This document shows, one piece after another, positions 40,879 to 54,720 of a DNA stretch of 64,000 nucleotides. Position 1 is the stretch's first letter. Each line of letters opens with the position of its first letter. The stretch covers positions 45,012,001 to 45,076,000 of the forward strand of contig OX597833.1 in NCBI GenBank assembly GCA_951406725.2, read 5' to 3'. The notes below the pieces were generated by a model. It saw nothing but the letters and a program-made list of their open reading frames with translations. It ran no database searches and had not been told where the DNA came from. The position numbers and the translations under genes were made by a program. This stretch comes from Octopus vulgaris. Lineage: Eukaryota.

Positions 40879-42088
40879 CTGTAAAAGAAACACACACAGA
40901 CTCACCAATAAAATCATCTGATAACAAATATTTCATTGAATATAAATGTAGAAAGAATATTTTTTATAATGTTACCATAAAATATCATTTGAAGAGAAAA
41001 TTTTAAAATATTATTAACCCTTTGGAGATGTAGCTAACTGATGCACATTTTAAAACAAGACAGAATTATAAGATACAAAAACAATATCTGAATCTAATAA
41101 ACACAGAAAAATGTATATATTTTCTTTACAGTGCAAAACAACAGATTGACAGATCAGCCTAGTAATGGTGTTAAGAAATATTTTCTTTCAAAACACACAC
41201 ACACACATGTTCGCACAGAGTTAATTATCCATGTGCAACTAAAAATAAAACATGGAGATTATATGAATATGAAGAGATTCTACAGTAATAATCCATTAAA
41301 ATAATGGATTATAATGACTGACTGTGAGCAAGCTTGATAATTATTTGAGGTGTTGTGATTATGTGTAGAGCTAATTGAAATGTTTTAGGCAATGAATGAA
41401 TGGGTGAATCATTGGTTAAAGGTTAAGCTACTATGTTTTTTCCATCACTGAAACGTCAATCAAAACCTGTTTTGGCAGCAAGCAGATGTCTTCAACTTTG
41501 ATATAATCATGAGCAATGACTTATGTCTTTGAAAATGCCTTTATAGTTCATTCTATTTGACTTTATCAGTCCATCAGTTTTAGCTATTACCCTCTGTTGT
41601 ATCTTTTATGGATGGATGTTTAACTCTTTAGCATTTAGATTACTCTGTCAAATGTAGTGCTTATTTATTGATATTGTTTTGAATTAATCATAGCTTTGAG
41701 ATTTTGATGATGTGGTTGTATACATTTAGAATGACAATATAGAGTAGATGTGAGAGGTTAGATCTAGCCAGTTTAAATATAAAACAAGCAGTACATTTTG
41801 ACCAGATATGGCTGGTTTAAATGGGAAAGGGTTGAATACTCAAACTTTCATCACTGTTTCATTGTTGTCAGGTAAGAAAGGTATAAAGGCATACAGATAG
41901 CGAGCTACATACTGACTACTGTTTAGAGAAGAGACCAACATAGCAATATACAGCAGAGGCAAAGTTATAGTATTAGCAGTAACAATCCACTGTATTTGTG
42001 GAAGTAAAAATCAACACATAATTATGCATAAAATATAAAATACAAAGCAACTTGCTGGTGTATTTAGCAATCATTAGGGAATACTTAC

Positions 42089-42255
42089 ACTTTTACAAGA
42101 TATAGTTCCAGTCTGCTTTTCAAATCTGAATTCTTGATGATGTCAAGTGGTGTGGTGTTGTTTTTGTTTTTATGATAGAAGTTTGCTCCTTGTTTTGCCA
42201 GATATCCAGCTACAACTACACTGGACAATCTGTCTTCTTTGAGCTGACAGGAAAT
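42089..42255 (-). CDS. MIB2-like E3 ligase exon (last ankyrin repeat; 167 bp, phase 0 to 2)
   Basis: tttatAG / GTAAGT; ISCQLKEDRLSSVVVAGYLAKQGANFYHKNKNNTTPLDIIKNSDLKSRLELYLVKV. Confidence 0.87.
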
Positions 42256-42682
42256 CTATAAATGATGAAATATATATTTATATATACAATAAGACTATTG
42301 TTCAATATTCTTTTTCTTCGCCCAACACATTTTAACGTCAACAAATTTTAGTTTTATTCAAGAAAATTCCAGTTATATTCTGAAGTGTCAAAGTAATATC
42401 AACTAGTCTGCCATTGGTTGTTACAGTCTTAATCTATAGCTCTCATTAGGCTGGTTCTGGGATTTAAAACTAACAAGGGTTGTGATGAAGTTTGAGAGAA
42501 CCAGCTTATATCTAATTTACTTCCATAATCTAAGAACAAAGTATTTGCATACGAATCAAGCAAACTATGAAGCCAAATATTGATGAAGATATCAGAGATA
42601 ACCAATTGATATGTTTATGTATGATAAACACTAGCAAATTTGAGAAGTAGAACTTGTTCTTTGAATGCTTTACAGTATGCAT

Positions 42683-43450
42683 GAGGGGTACCCAAAAGTA
42701 ACTGGAAACATTCTCTATGGGCTAAGCCCATTGCAGTTCAGGCTTCTGCTACTAGATGCCACTTGATGCCACCTTCAGAAATCAGTCTGCCAACCAGTGG
42801 TGTCATGTGAATTTATACCTCCATGTGGTGTGCCTTTGTTTTGCAGTGATTCTCTTCTGTTCATCAATTTTTGCAATGGCTGAAACAAAGGAACAGCATG
42901 CTACCATGAAATTCTGTTTCCTGCTGGGGAAAACAGCAGCTGAAACAGTTGTCGTGCTTCAAACAGCTTACAAGGATGCTACCTTGAGCAAAACACAAGT
43001 TTATGAGTGGTTTTCACATTTTAGGACCAACCTCGTTCAGGGTGACCACAGAACTCTGGAATGAATGAAAACATCACAAAAATTTATGAACTGATCTTGG
43101 AGGACCATTACTGAACAATTTATGAACTTGATATGACTGGTGTATCCTGGAGCTCCTGCCAACAAATTTTGACCAAGCAATTGTGAATGAAATGAGTTAC
43201 ATCAAAATTTGTGACTCGCTTGTTCACTGAATATCAAAAAGCAGTCATGACTGAATGGATGTCATGAACATTAAGAACAGTTGGATGTTGATCCAAATCT
43301 TTTTCTGAAGGTCAATATTGGTGACAAAATTGGAAGAAGTGAAAAAAAAAAAAATACAACGGAGGCATTAAAAGGCATCACTTTGCAAGAGTTCATGGAC
43401 TGCTTCAAACAGTGGAAAAAGAGGTAAGACATTAGTGTTACAGTGATGCA
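42683..43450 (+). mobile_element. Degenerate mariner fragment
   Basis: EQHATMKFCFLLGKTAAETVVVLQTAYKDATLSKTQVYEWFSHF HTH motif; later frames broken. Confidence 0.78.
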
Positions 43451-44248
43451 CATCAACAAGTTTCACTTGAGAAATTTTTAAACTGTTACTCTGATAGATA
43501 ATTCTAGTAGCGCTATATAGGTGGTTGTTAAGATAGCTTACAAAATAGACATAGCAACAGCAGCCACTACCATCACAGCAGCAGCCACAGTCTGATTTGA
43601 CTTGGTTTCTAAGGCTGGATGCCCTTCTTAATGCCAATCACTTTATAGTGTGTACTGTGTGCTTTTAACATGCCACTGACACAGGACTGTTACAGGCCAA
43701 TCCTTTTCACCAGGGGATGCAGCAGCAGCCGCTGCCTCCTCCTCCCCCTCCTCTTCTTCATATTCCTCCTCTCTATCCTCCCCACAATTACTCATCCCCT
43801 AACTGCACTTTTATTTACTTTTTGTTTCCTCCTGATATAAGCTAAAAGATGATGTCTGGAAGACACACAATGTCACAGCACACCTTTGATGCAAGTCTGA
43901 TAAAGTGCTACTCTAATGTCTAAAACTACAAACATTACATAAATTTTGACTTTGAATTTTTGCATAAACTGGCATTGCAAGTAGAATTGGTACAGAAACA
44001 ATTATAATGAATCATTAAAGATGTGTTAAAGAATTTCTTTGTCTTCTTATTACTTTGATTATAGTTTACTCTTCGCAAAACCGACACAAGGGTGCAACCA
44101 TCGTGGAACCAGGATTTTCTACACTTGAAGAATTTCAGCATTGGTTTGGAACCTGACAGTGTTGATAGCCCAGAATTTGGGGTACTTCTCTGGAAAAATC
44201 CTATCTTTATACCCTACCAGGACCTAAGATATATATATATGTATATAT

Positions 44249-44731
44249 CAGGGTGTGTCAATTTTAATAACTTACTAAAAATCTAATTTGGCAGTGAAAT
44301 TATTGAGTCTTTTTACTCCCTGACTTGAGATATATATATACCAAAATGGATTAACACAACTCTAACTTACATCAATCTTATCCTAAATTTTCAATATGGT
44401 GTTGTTTTGAAACAATAACTTAAAATTTACATGAAAAACTGATTAGACTCAAAATATCACACTTATATTATCTTTTAATTGGTTAAATAAATCATATCAT
44501 CTTTTAATTGGTTAAATGAATTTTTACTCTTTCAGATATTCACAAGATGTCAACACTGAAGACTAGAGGCTAGATGTCATCCCACTTGAGCCTGTTAATT
44601 TGTACATGGAAAGAGCTTCTTGTATCAGAGCTTCCAATAGTGAGAGATATTTTAAAACTTGGGTTACTACTTTGGGAACAAAATTCCAAGGATGAATTTT
44701 CCTATTTACTCCCAAAAATTGACACACCCTA

Positions 44732-44732
<1 letters not shown>
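44249..44732. mobile_element. Tc1/mariner-type MITE
   Basis: TIRs cagggtgtgtcaatttt / aaaattgacacaccct in TA context. Confidence 0.65.
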
Positions 44733-44768
<36 letters not shown>

Positions 44769-44819
44769 AATTGACTTGCATCAATCTTATTGAAGACACT
44801 ATACAAATTCAATTTAGGA

Positions 44820-45060
44820 CAGATTTTTACCATAAAAAATCATTTGATATGTTCTTCAAAGAATTTAATATATGCTATTAAATGTGAAGGATGTAATGAA
44901 GATTACATAGGTCAAAGTTTACTCTCAGAAATAGACTGACCATTCACCACAAAAAATACGAGACCCCAGTACTAGACAGATTCCACTGAGTGGACACAGA
45001 CATATGTGCAAAAAATAACTCCCCCAAATTCCAAGTCTTCCCACTCTACCTTTGTTCAGT
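44820..45060 (+). pseudogene. Penelope-type GIY-YIG endonuclease remnant
   Basis: Translates FTIKNHLICSSKNLIYAIKCEGCNEDYIGQ, then frameshifts. Confidence 0.65.
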
Positions 45061-45360
45061 GAAGTTGTTTAGATCTAAACTTGATTGGTGGCATTACTTA
45101 CTCTCCTACAATGTTGCTACAAATTTTGATGTAACATTTTTCTACTGGATCAAATCTCAATATTTTTATGCCAAAATATAGCTAGGGACCAGTCCTCTTC
45201 AAAAATGTTAACAGTTTTCAATTTGGTTAAGAACTGAATTAGCGACAAGCTCTGAAAGATGCTGCATGTGAGTAAATTGCGGCCTTAAGAATATTATTCA
45301 ACTACTACTGTAGTTGAAAGGTATCTGTCTCACATAAAAAAAAAAAATTCTGAAACTTAC

Positions 45361-45570
45361 CTCATCTAAAATTTCAAGATGTTTACTTTCAGAGTGAAAC
45401 ATTTTCTCCCTCAATGCAATATGCAAGCAATTGTCACCATCTTTATTTATAGCGTCAAGATCTGCTCCTTTTAATACTAACATCTGCATGATCTCAAGGT
45501 TACCCTTAGAAACAGCCTGGAGGAATGGTGTCTGATCATGAGTGTTACGAATATCAAATTCCACTTCAGC
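45361..45570 (-). CDS. MIB2-like E3 ligase exon (ankyrin repeats; 210 bp, phase 0 to 0)
   Basis: acaaAG / GTAAGT; AEVEFDIRNTHDQTPFLQAVSKGNLEIMQMLVLKGADLDAINKDGDNCLHIAL...ILDE. Confidence 0.9.
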
Positions 45571-46027
45571 CTTTGTGGAAATGAAAATAAAAAGTAAAAA
45601 TATCATTGTAAAATGAGTGTTTTTACTGGATATTTGATCAGACTGTTACTGTGGATTTGATGTGGTCAATAAAACAAACCATTCATAGGTTGCACTGTAA
45701 GATGGTATGGATGTACATTAGAGACATGATAAATTTATGAAAATGACAAAAACAGGTTGTTTCAGGACAGTCTACTTTTATCCCTAGCTATATACCTAAC
45801 TCACAGTAAGTTATAGACTATTTGAGCTAGAAAGAACAATTAATTAGCAAATGAAATCCATTGAAGAAGAATCATTTGTCCAATGTATACTTTTGATGTT
45901 GCTATATCATTAAATGATCCATAAAATTGCTTTGTTGGTTAGAGTCAATGTTAAAATGATACCTACTTAGATGTTATATATTTGTGTGTTTCATACATTC
46001 AATATATAAATTTGTGTGTTTAATATA

Positions 46028-47528
46028 CATTGAACTGCAAAAGATTTGCGAGACATGTGTAACTGTGAAATATGCTTGAATTTCATTATGTCAGAGATAA
46101 ATTTTGATAAATCTGATAAAGTCAATTTCTTGGATACACTTTGACCACAGTCTATGGGTTGTTATCATGTGTTCTGGTAGTGGGCGGATCCAGTACATCA
46201 AGATTGTAGGGTGTGACATGTTCAATACTGTATATGCTCGCCCTGGGTATTCAAAATGGCCATACACCATTGGTACATGGAGTACATGAGGCAGTTCACA
46301 AAACGCATTGGCATCTGTGCCCACTCCCTGAGGGAAGCTGCCTCCAGTTCCACATGAGTTGTCGGCCTTGGGAACACCTGGTTCAGCCATCTCTGGATTT
46401 CATCCCACAGGTGTTCAACTGGGTTCAAATCCGAGCTGAGAGCTGACCATTACATGGTTCAGATGTTGTATTGATGCAGGAAGTCCATGGTGACCCTGAC
46501 TATGTGAGAGGGAGCATTGTCCTGCTGGAACACGTGGTTATGGTGACGTACAAAGAAGGGCATGATGTTAGGTCTTAGGATGTGGTCAACGTAGTGCTGC
46601 GCTGTGATGCCATTCCCTCTGCTTGCACCAACATTTTGGAACTCATGGGGCCCAATTCTCTGATTTAGGCCTATAGTATCCCAAACCATGATGTTATGGC
46701 CACCCCACGTCTCCCTCCATGGCACATGCATCTCTGTAGCATTCACTCCTCCTACACCACACCCTCACTCTGCCATCTGAGGTGGAAATGCAGTACCAGC
46801 TCTTGTCAGAGAAGACTATCAACCTCCATTGTTGATGCTACAAATGTTGGTGCTGTGTAGCCCACTGTAATAGTGCCTGATGGTGGCAGGTGGTGAGGAC
46901 AGGCCCTAGAGCAGGATGATGGCAACACAGGTTGTTGGTAACCAGCCAATGTCATACCGTGTCATGGCTGATGGGTTGCTGTCTGGTGCTGTCATGCTGG
47001 CTAGTCTGAAGAGATCATGGAGATGTTGCAGGTGGATGAAGCAGTCCTGCCTGGGTGTGGTCACCTGGGGGTGCCCTCTGCAGGCACAGTCTGCAGTACT
47101 ATTGGTGTTTTATTGCTGTTGCAAGCAATAGATGGTACTGACATGAACAGTGTAAGCTTTCGCAACAACTAGGGCATGCTACCCTGCTTGCAATCAGCTG
47201 ATAGCTTGTTCTCTCTGTGCTGCTAACTGGGTCATCCCTGATGTGTCCAAATTACGAATGCCAAGAACATGGTTCAAGTTGAGTTTTATACCCATAACCT
47301 TCACAAGGTGCACATGCATTTCGGTTTTCGTGACAATTATTTGCGACTGCCACCCATGGCATTCGGCGTCTCATTTCAGAGAAAATTGAAAGATTACCTG
47401 CAATTTGGGTCTCAGCCATAAAGGAGCATGTCTTGGAATATTTACACTTACATCCCCAAAATAAATTTTAAGAATCTACCAAATAAAAATGACATTTGAA
47501 AAAATTGCATTTCTTTTGCAGTTCAATG
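46028..47528 (-). mobile_element. Full-span degenerate Tc1 transposon
   Basis: TA-flanked TIRs cattgaactgcaaaaga / tcttttgcagttcaatg; GGHNIMVW, FQQDNAPSH and NPVEHLWD fragments. Confidence 0.9.
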
Positions 47529-47949
47529 TATAGGAGTGTTAATATATTTGATATATATTGGTGTGTTAATACATTTAAAAAAAGTGTGATTAATGTTTCT
47601 GATATATACTAACACAAAATAATGTAATACATTTTCATTAATTTGAAAGTGATCTTGTATATGTGTTGCATAATGAGACTATTAAAGATGGAACAGTTGA
47701 CATAAGTACTTTGACTGGCTATTATTGCCACTGCCAACACACTCAACATCACTGCTATCATCATCATCATCACTATCATGATCATCATATTCCTCTAAAG
47801 ACACAAGACTTGGCATTTTAGTAGGTGGTGTATAGTGAATGAAATCAACCCCAGTATTTCACTGGTACTCTGATGATGATGATGAGAATATTGAACAGAA
47901 TGATGAGATCAATAAAATACTACACTGTGAATAATATATGTTAACTAAC

Positions 47950-47986
47950 CTGGGATAGTATCAGTTTCACTATATCTTGGTGTTGC
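47950..47986 (-). CDS. MIB2-like E3 ligase 37-bp micro-exon (phase 2 to 0)
   Basis: atttcAG / GTTAGT; completes R then QHQDIVKLILSQ, finishing the ankyrin repeat begun by SLHCAVL; phases match both neighbours. Confidence 0.85.
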
Positions 47987-49984
47987 CTGAAATTATAAAA
48001 GGGAAAATAAAAATAATACAAACATCACAAAGATTGAATTAATCAATAATTAGATCTTCAATTAAAGAAAACAAATGTAAATACAGGTGTAATGAGACCC
48101 TGACTGAGATTTGAACCATAGATCTGATTTTCCCTGTCAAGAACTATGAACTGATATATTTTCATAAAAGGAAAAGTGCTGCTGTAAAAGTTAATAATGC
48201 CCATGTAAATATGGCTTGACCAATCAGCACTGGCTGACTTTTTATAGCTGAGGTGACAATTTTCAAAAGAAGTATGCAAGTTTTTTCTGCAAAACTGAAG
48301 ATTCTAGAGCTGCTAAACCTTCCAGGGAAATTTACATTGCTTGTCTAACAAAACTGTTTTGTCTCTCCTCTTTCATTTCTAAGTAACATGCTTACACCAT
48401 AGTTGATGAAAGCTAACCTTTACTTGTAGTGTCAGTAATACATACTAATTATATGCCGTGATTAATTTCCTTGTATTATCTTCATTACATCATCCTGCAG
48501 GTTATATATAGAAGATTCCTAACTGTTATGTTCACTGAACATTGATCCAGTAATTTATTGACTGTACGTGAGTAAATATAATAATGTTCATTAATAAAAT
48601 ATTTTAAAAAATTTTAATTTTAGTAAGATCATTGTCTATACCCTTTTTAACTTGTGAATGGCCAACAAAGAATATATGGCAAATTGCCACACTAAGCAGG
48701 TATTCCTAGCATAAAGGTGAAAACCTTGCAGTGATGTGAAGTTCCATAAAACAAAACTAATTTTTCCTATTTACTTGCCTGTTACACAGAAGTCAATGGA
48801 CATGCAACCAATGGGAAAATAAGTTTTGTGTCATGGAACTGTACATTACAGATAAATTTTCAAGAGGAAGTGCAGCATATTTGCATGTGTGTGTATGTCT
48901 GTATGTGTGTGTTTATATCGCTTACATTATATATGTGCATATGGGGGTGGAGGCAGTTATATTAAGTTGTCTCCTTTGTTGCATATATATACATATATAT
49001 GTATAAATGACATCCTCACCAGGTATGAATGTTTCTTTCAAAAAAAAAACTCAAAAAAACTATAGCAACATAGAATTGTTTTTCCAGGTGTTCAATCATT
49101 CTGCTTGTTAATATATCAGAAGAAAATGAAATGCTAGCACATACCACGTATACTCACATAGCTCATGAATGCATCAAAGACATCCTCAAAAAGATATCTG
49201 AAGTTATGTCAATGTTATACTAGCTGTGAAATCTCAACTAGAGTCTAATAGAGGGAAAAGGCATAAATAATTTGAGAGAGAGAGAGAAAAGTAACAGTCA
49301 ATATTATCACAGTAACAGCCTGAACCTTACAGACAGGGAGATGGTAAGATCATGAAATATTTCAAGTTAAACCTATTAAATGTTTTACCAGAGACAGTAA
49401 TATCATGTTAATATATTTGTGGAGTCTGATTAGTTATTTATTACACTCTGAAGCAATCTATGAAGATATTCTGATCTATAACTGATAAACAGATGGTTAC
49501 TCCTGTGGAAAAAAACCTTGGTACATTAAATGGTAAAAATAAAGCCTTAGTTAGGATTAGTAAATCTGATGAACATTGCTTCAATGGTAACAGGAGAAGC
49601 AATTGAGTTTAGTAAAATTGTCAATTTTCTAGTAAAGATAGGTGTCAGAGCTCATACTGAAGCTGATATTGTGGAAACTAATTGACTTCTTTTATAAGTA
49701 GTAGATCTATGAAAAATGGTGTTGGGCTTTAAAAATAGTTATTTTTGGATTTTGAATACAGACTGAAAACTACATCATCTGGTCACTGTTGTGTTACTTC
49801 AATTAACACGTAAGATTACAATATTACAAAAATTGTAAAAAAATTTTAATTAAAGCTCCAGAGCAGAGAACAGAAATAAGGCTGCAAAATTCAAGGACAG
49901 GAAGAAATGTTATAAAATATTTTGTCCAGTAAGGGTACAATTCTGTTGGCTTACTACTACTACTGCTGCTGTTGCTGTTGAGCA

Positions 49985-50349
49985 AACGGTCTTTGTCCCA
50001 GGGCTCACAAGATGGGAAAAGTCCAAAACGTGGTCCTTTGCTATTCGTAAGACTCGCAAAAGAGAAAGCAGGTCAACCCCCGACACCGAGAGCATCGATG
50101 GATGGATGAATGCGCATCCAGGCTCAGCGGCTGCGAAGGAAATTGGGGGACAAGAAACAGGAAGAAAGAGTGAGAGAAAGTTGGGGTGAAAGAGTACAAC
50201 AGGGGTCGCCACCACCCCCTGCCAGAGCCTTCGTGGAACTTTAGGTGTTTTCACTCAATAAACACACACAATGCCCAGTCTAGGAATCGAAACCCCGATC
50301 CTCTGACTGTGAGTCAGCTGCCCTAACCACTGAGCCATTGCGCCTCCAC
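49985..50349 (-). mobile_element. tRNA-derived SINE, family B-related
   Basis: Head matches 35191-35380 in reverse complement; 3' part differs. Confidence 0.75.
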
Positions 50350-50999
50350 TGCTGCTGCTGCTGCTGCTACTACTACTACAGAAAATCTGCTTGCCCTTCC
50401 CACCCAAAGGAAAGTTGAAGGCTAATCTTCAAAAACAACAACAACAATGGCTTCCAATTTTGACACAAGGCCAGCAATTTTAGAGGGAAGGAGTTAGTTG
50501 ATTACATCAATTCCAGTACTTGACTGGTACTTTATTTTACTGACCTAGAAATAATGAAAGGCAAGTGACTTCAGTGAAACTTGAACTTTGAACAATAATA
50601 ATCATAATTTCTAGCTTAGACACAAGAATAGGAAAAAAGTAGAGCACAGCTTTCTGAATTAACCCCTTAACTTTACTGGAATAAATTTCTATTGACCCCT
50701 TAAAATGACAATTCCTGGTAGGAATTTAACTTGAAACAATGTGACAACAGTTAATACTCTTAAGTATATAATTCTGAAGGTGACTGTTCCAGGGATTGGT
50801 AATGGTGGTGACAATGATGATGATAAGGATGAAAGTGGTAGTGATGATGATGATGATGATTTCTTAATGAAGTAGATTTAAGAGTGAGACCCCATAGTGG
50901 AATGATGGCATTAAGTGAGTTGTTAAAAATTAAAATTTTGGCAAAATAGAAAAATAAAAGAGAACCAGATGCAAATATTCTGGATTATTCTTGACTTAC

Positions 51000-51634
51000 C
51001 GTAGAACTGCACAATGTAGGGATGATTCATTGTATTTATCCTTTTTATTAATGTCAGCTCCAGACTGTATTAACAAGTCTACTATATCAGTAAATCCTTT
51101 ATTGCAGGCAATGTGGAGTGCTGTATAACCACTGGCACTGACCATATTAATGTCAGATTTGGACTGTATTAAAAAGTTTGCTATATCAGTACATTCTTTA
51201 TCGCAGGCTATGTGAAGTGCCGTGTAACCATGGCTGTTGACAATATTGACATCAGCATCAAACTTTACTAACAACTTTACTACATCAACAAATTTTTTAC
51301 TGCAAGCTATGTGAAGAGCTGTGTCACCACTGGTACTGACCATATTAATGTCAGATTTGTATCGTATTAACAAGTCTGCTATATCAGTAAATCCTTTATC
51401 GCAGGCTATGTGGAGTGCTGTGAAACCATTGTTCCTTACAACATTGCTGTCTTGTTCAGACTGTAAAATCAACTTTACTGACTTAATGTGCCCAACACAA
51501 CATGCCAGATGAAGAGCTGTGTCATAACCCATCTTTACCACACAAAATTTCAGTAACAACTTAACCATGTCAACATTATTACTATCACAGGCGAGATCCA
51601 GAAGGTTTGTATTATTACCATCTTTTAAAGGGGT
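51000..51634 (-). CDS. MIB2-like E3 ligase large ankyrin exon (635 bp, phase 0 to 2)
   Basis: tttcAG / GTAAGT; five TALH(L/I)AC repeats plus SSLHCAVL; splices in frame to five downstream exons ending in two RINGs. Confidence 0.92.
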
Positions 51635-52083
51635 CTGAAAAAAGATAGATATATATATTAAGATATATTTATATTATTTGCCTATACAGATGTATGTATT
51701 CATATATATATATATATACACTTGCGTCAGAAATTAATTAGCACTTCTCAAATTTCTACATTAAATAGGTTAAATCAATTAACCTATGAGCTGTTCAAAA
51801 CGTCTTACGCGATGAGAAAACTTAGTATGGTGTGATTTCGGTCCTTGCGAGGCGCTACCTATATCTATTAAACAAAGGAAGATTTGTCTGCATCCACACT
51901 CCAAGTTGTTGTTGCACTGCTATGTCAACATCATAAGGGTGTAGGCTCTCAAACTGCTCTGCAAACAAAGTTACGTCATCAGTGAACTCGCAACAAAGCA
52001 ATAGTTCGAGATATGGCCACTAGGTGACAGCACATACCTTGAGTGAAGAGCAAATCAAGGGTGCTAATTAATTTCTGACGGTA

Positions 52084-52131
<48 letters not shown>

Positions 52132-52327
52132 GCATGCACACACAAAACAAATGACAGAGTTGGAAACCATGGGAAACTTTATTGCTCACAATGGCCGTTT
52201 CTACACATTGTGCATTGGTTGTTCTGTGAGCAATAAAGTTTCCCATGTATTGCATTTTCTGTCTCCATCATTTGTTTTGTATTCAACATATTCCTGAGAT
52301 AGATCCAGCTACAATTGAGTTAATTAC

Positions 52328-52346
52328 CATGGATGATGTCAGGTAA
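52328..52346 (-). CDS. Putative 19-bp upstream exon ending in ATG (possible start-codon exon; paralog 6964-6982)
   Basis: ctatAG-TTACCTGACATCATCCATG-GTAATT; phase 0 fits the next exon; identical in both duplicates. Speculative. Confidence 0.3.
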
Positions 52347-53059
52347 CTATAGACAGTGAATGTGCTTTATCAGCGTACTACTAGGAACATACTGAACATT
52401 TAAATATTTACTTATATATATATACATACATATATATAATTATTATTTAAGAAACACAATATATGTTTTTATGTGCTTTTATTAGTTTCATGTGCTGAGA
52501 ACATGCCAAACATTGTTTTATAGCATGTCTGGTATCCCAGCATGATCCTTATACACTGTCCACAAGGCATAACAAAACTAAAAATGGGACATGAGAAAAG
52601 GTGAGAAGGAAGAATATATAAAAACCAGAAAATGAGAAAATAATCAGAAAGAAACAAAAGGGTAATAAGAGTTATTTTCCTTAGACCATAAATTATAAAG
52701 CTAGAAAAGTGGCTAAGAGCCTATGGTACAGTTATTCAATCTGGTTGAGGAGGCACTTTCCAATTCTTCAACAGGAACTTAGGTATATGCTTACAACTGC
52801 TGAAAAATTCAGATCTAGAGTTCAGCAGAGAGAGTTCTTAGATCTGTAAAGGAGCCGAGTTCTTTCAGCTGAAAGAGGGGCACAGGCTGAGATAATTTTT
52901 GCAGTAAGCTTCAATCACATACTCTATCTCAATTATATATCAACCCATTTCTCAGCAAGAAGAATGCCCACACCACCAATCCCATCACTGTTCCCTACCA
53001 CTCAGATTTGGCCATCGCATTGTTCATGAAATTTCAGCTAAGTTTTATCTTATTTTATT

Positions 53060-54720
53060 CAAATGTGACACAATAAGGCTTAAAATTTCTCTCCAGAAGT
53101 AACAGGGGGTATATATAGGGATGACGCCTTATTTTCTTCTATACAGAAGTAGTAAAGTACAGTTAGAAAGGCACAGGAAAAATTTCTTTGGACCTTTCAA
53201 AAATTTAGGACTAAACATTATTATTGGTAAAGATTATCGTAGAGTGAATTTTCTTGATGCTACCTTCTGTCTTGATACTGGATTATTGAACCATTTCATA
53301 AGCTGAATGATCATATTAAGTACATTAACGTAGCATCCAACCATCCACCCTCGATTATATGGGGGCTAATTAAGAATATTTCTACAAGAATCTTTAGATT
53401 ATCTGCTAACAGTAAAATTTTCAAATCTCATGCATCTTATTATAATGATGCTCTAGCTAAGGCTGGGTACCATGATAAAATTCATTATATACAAGATACT
53501 GGCATAAGCTACATTGGTAATTCCTGCAACTGCGATGCACATCATATAACACCACAACGTTACCATTTGAGAAACCACTCGGATAAAGAATACAGGCCAG
53601 AAAGAATTGGTCTTGTCAATGAACTCCCAAAGAAAACTCATAGACACATGCAACATAGTAATTCAACTGCTTGTTCCAATCCTGTACAACACACTCAATC
53701 AAATAAATTTAACAACAGATATAGGATTAAGGATGTCCTCTGGTTCAACCCAATTTTTGGTTTGCATGTTTCAACCAGGATCGCTGGAAAATTTCTTGCT
53801 GCTTTGGACAAGTGTTTTCCTAAATCTAATTGGTATCATGCTATTTTTAATTGATACACTATGAAGGTATCCTATGCCAACTCTGCTAATTTAGCAAAAT
53901 GCAGCAAAGGTTCAATAACCAACCTACTGGATCTAGTAAGTATTTGCATCTAAATACCAACCAAGGAGATGTAAACCACATTGATAATCATCAACTTCAA
54001 CCAATTTGTAGTAGTAGAAATACTCATGGTACAGCTAGTACGATAACAACGTATAAGCATTACCTTATATACAAATGTGAGGGTGCGTGGCTTAGTGGTT
54101 AGGGCATTCGGCTCATGATCGTAAGGTTGTGAGTTCGATTCCCGGCGACGCGTTGTGTACGTGTCTGTGGAATGCTCAGCCATTTGCACGTTAATTTCAC
54201 GAGCAAGCTGTTCCGTTGATCGTATCAGCTGGGACCCTCGTCGTCGTAACCGGCGGAGTCTTTTATATACAAATAAATATGATAAATGCTCATGCAGAGA
54301 TAAATCAAAATGTCCTTTGATGAATCTCTGTATGAGTACAAATCTTGTATATGAATGTACTTGCACACAAGGGGAGGGCCCTATGTTTACATTGGGCAAA
54401 TGGCTGATTCATTTAAGAATCGTTATCATAACCATGTCACCAGCTTTAAGTCAATCAATAAGAGACATTCGACATCTTTGACAGATTTTATATGGTGACT
54501 TAAGGAGGGTAAAACAAAGTACAACATTAATTGCTCCATAGTTAGACATGAAAAACTATACAGTATAATTTCCAGGAGATTCTGTCTCTGCTCTGAGGAA
54601 TCCCTTCTATTCTGTGGACTAATGAGAAGATACTTAATAGAATTTCTGAACAACTATCGAGATGCCTACATGCATATAAATGTACTTTCACACAATGCAG
54701 TGAGAATGAATTTTGAGTAA
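53060..54720 (+). mobile_element. Degenerate Penelope-like (Naiad-type) element, RT C-half plus GIY-YIG, interrupted by SINE 54077-54260
   Basis: YRDD at about 53114-53125, VNFLDATF, SNHPPS, YNDALAKAGY, WFNPIF, CSCRDKSKCPLMNLCMSTNLVYEC. Confidence 0.85.
54077..54260 (+). mobile_element. Short tRNA-derived SINE (family B-related)
   Basis: tggcttagtggttagggcattcggctcatgatcgtaaggttgtgagttcgattccc head; 3' part matches 35468-35570. Confidence 0.82.
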
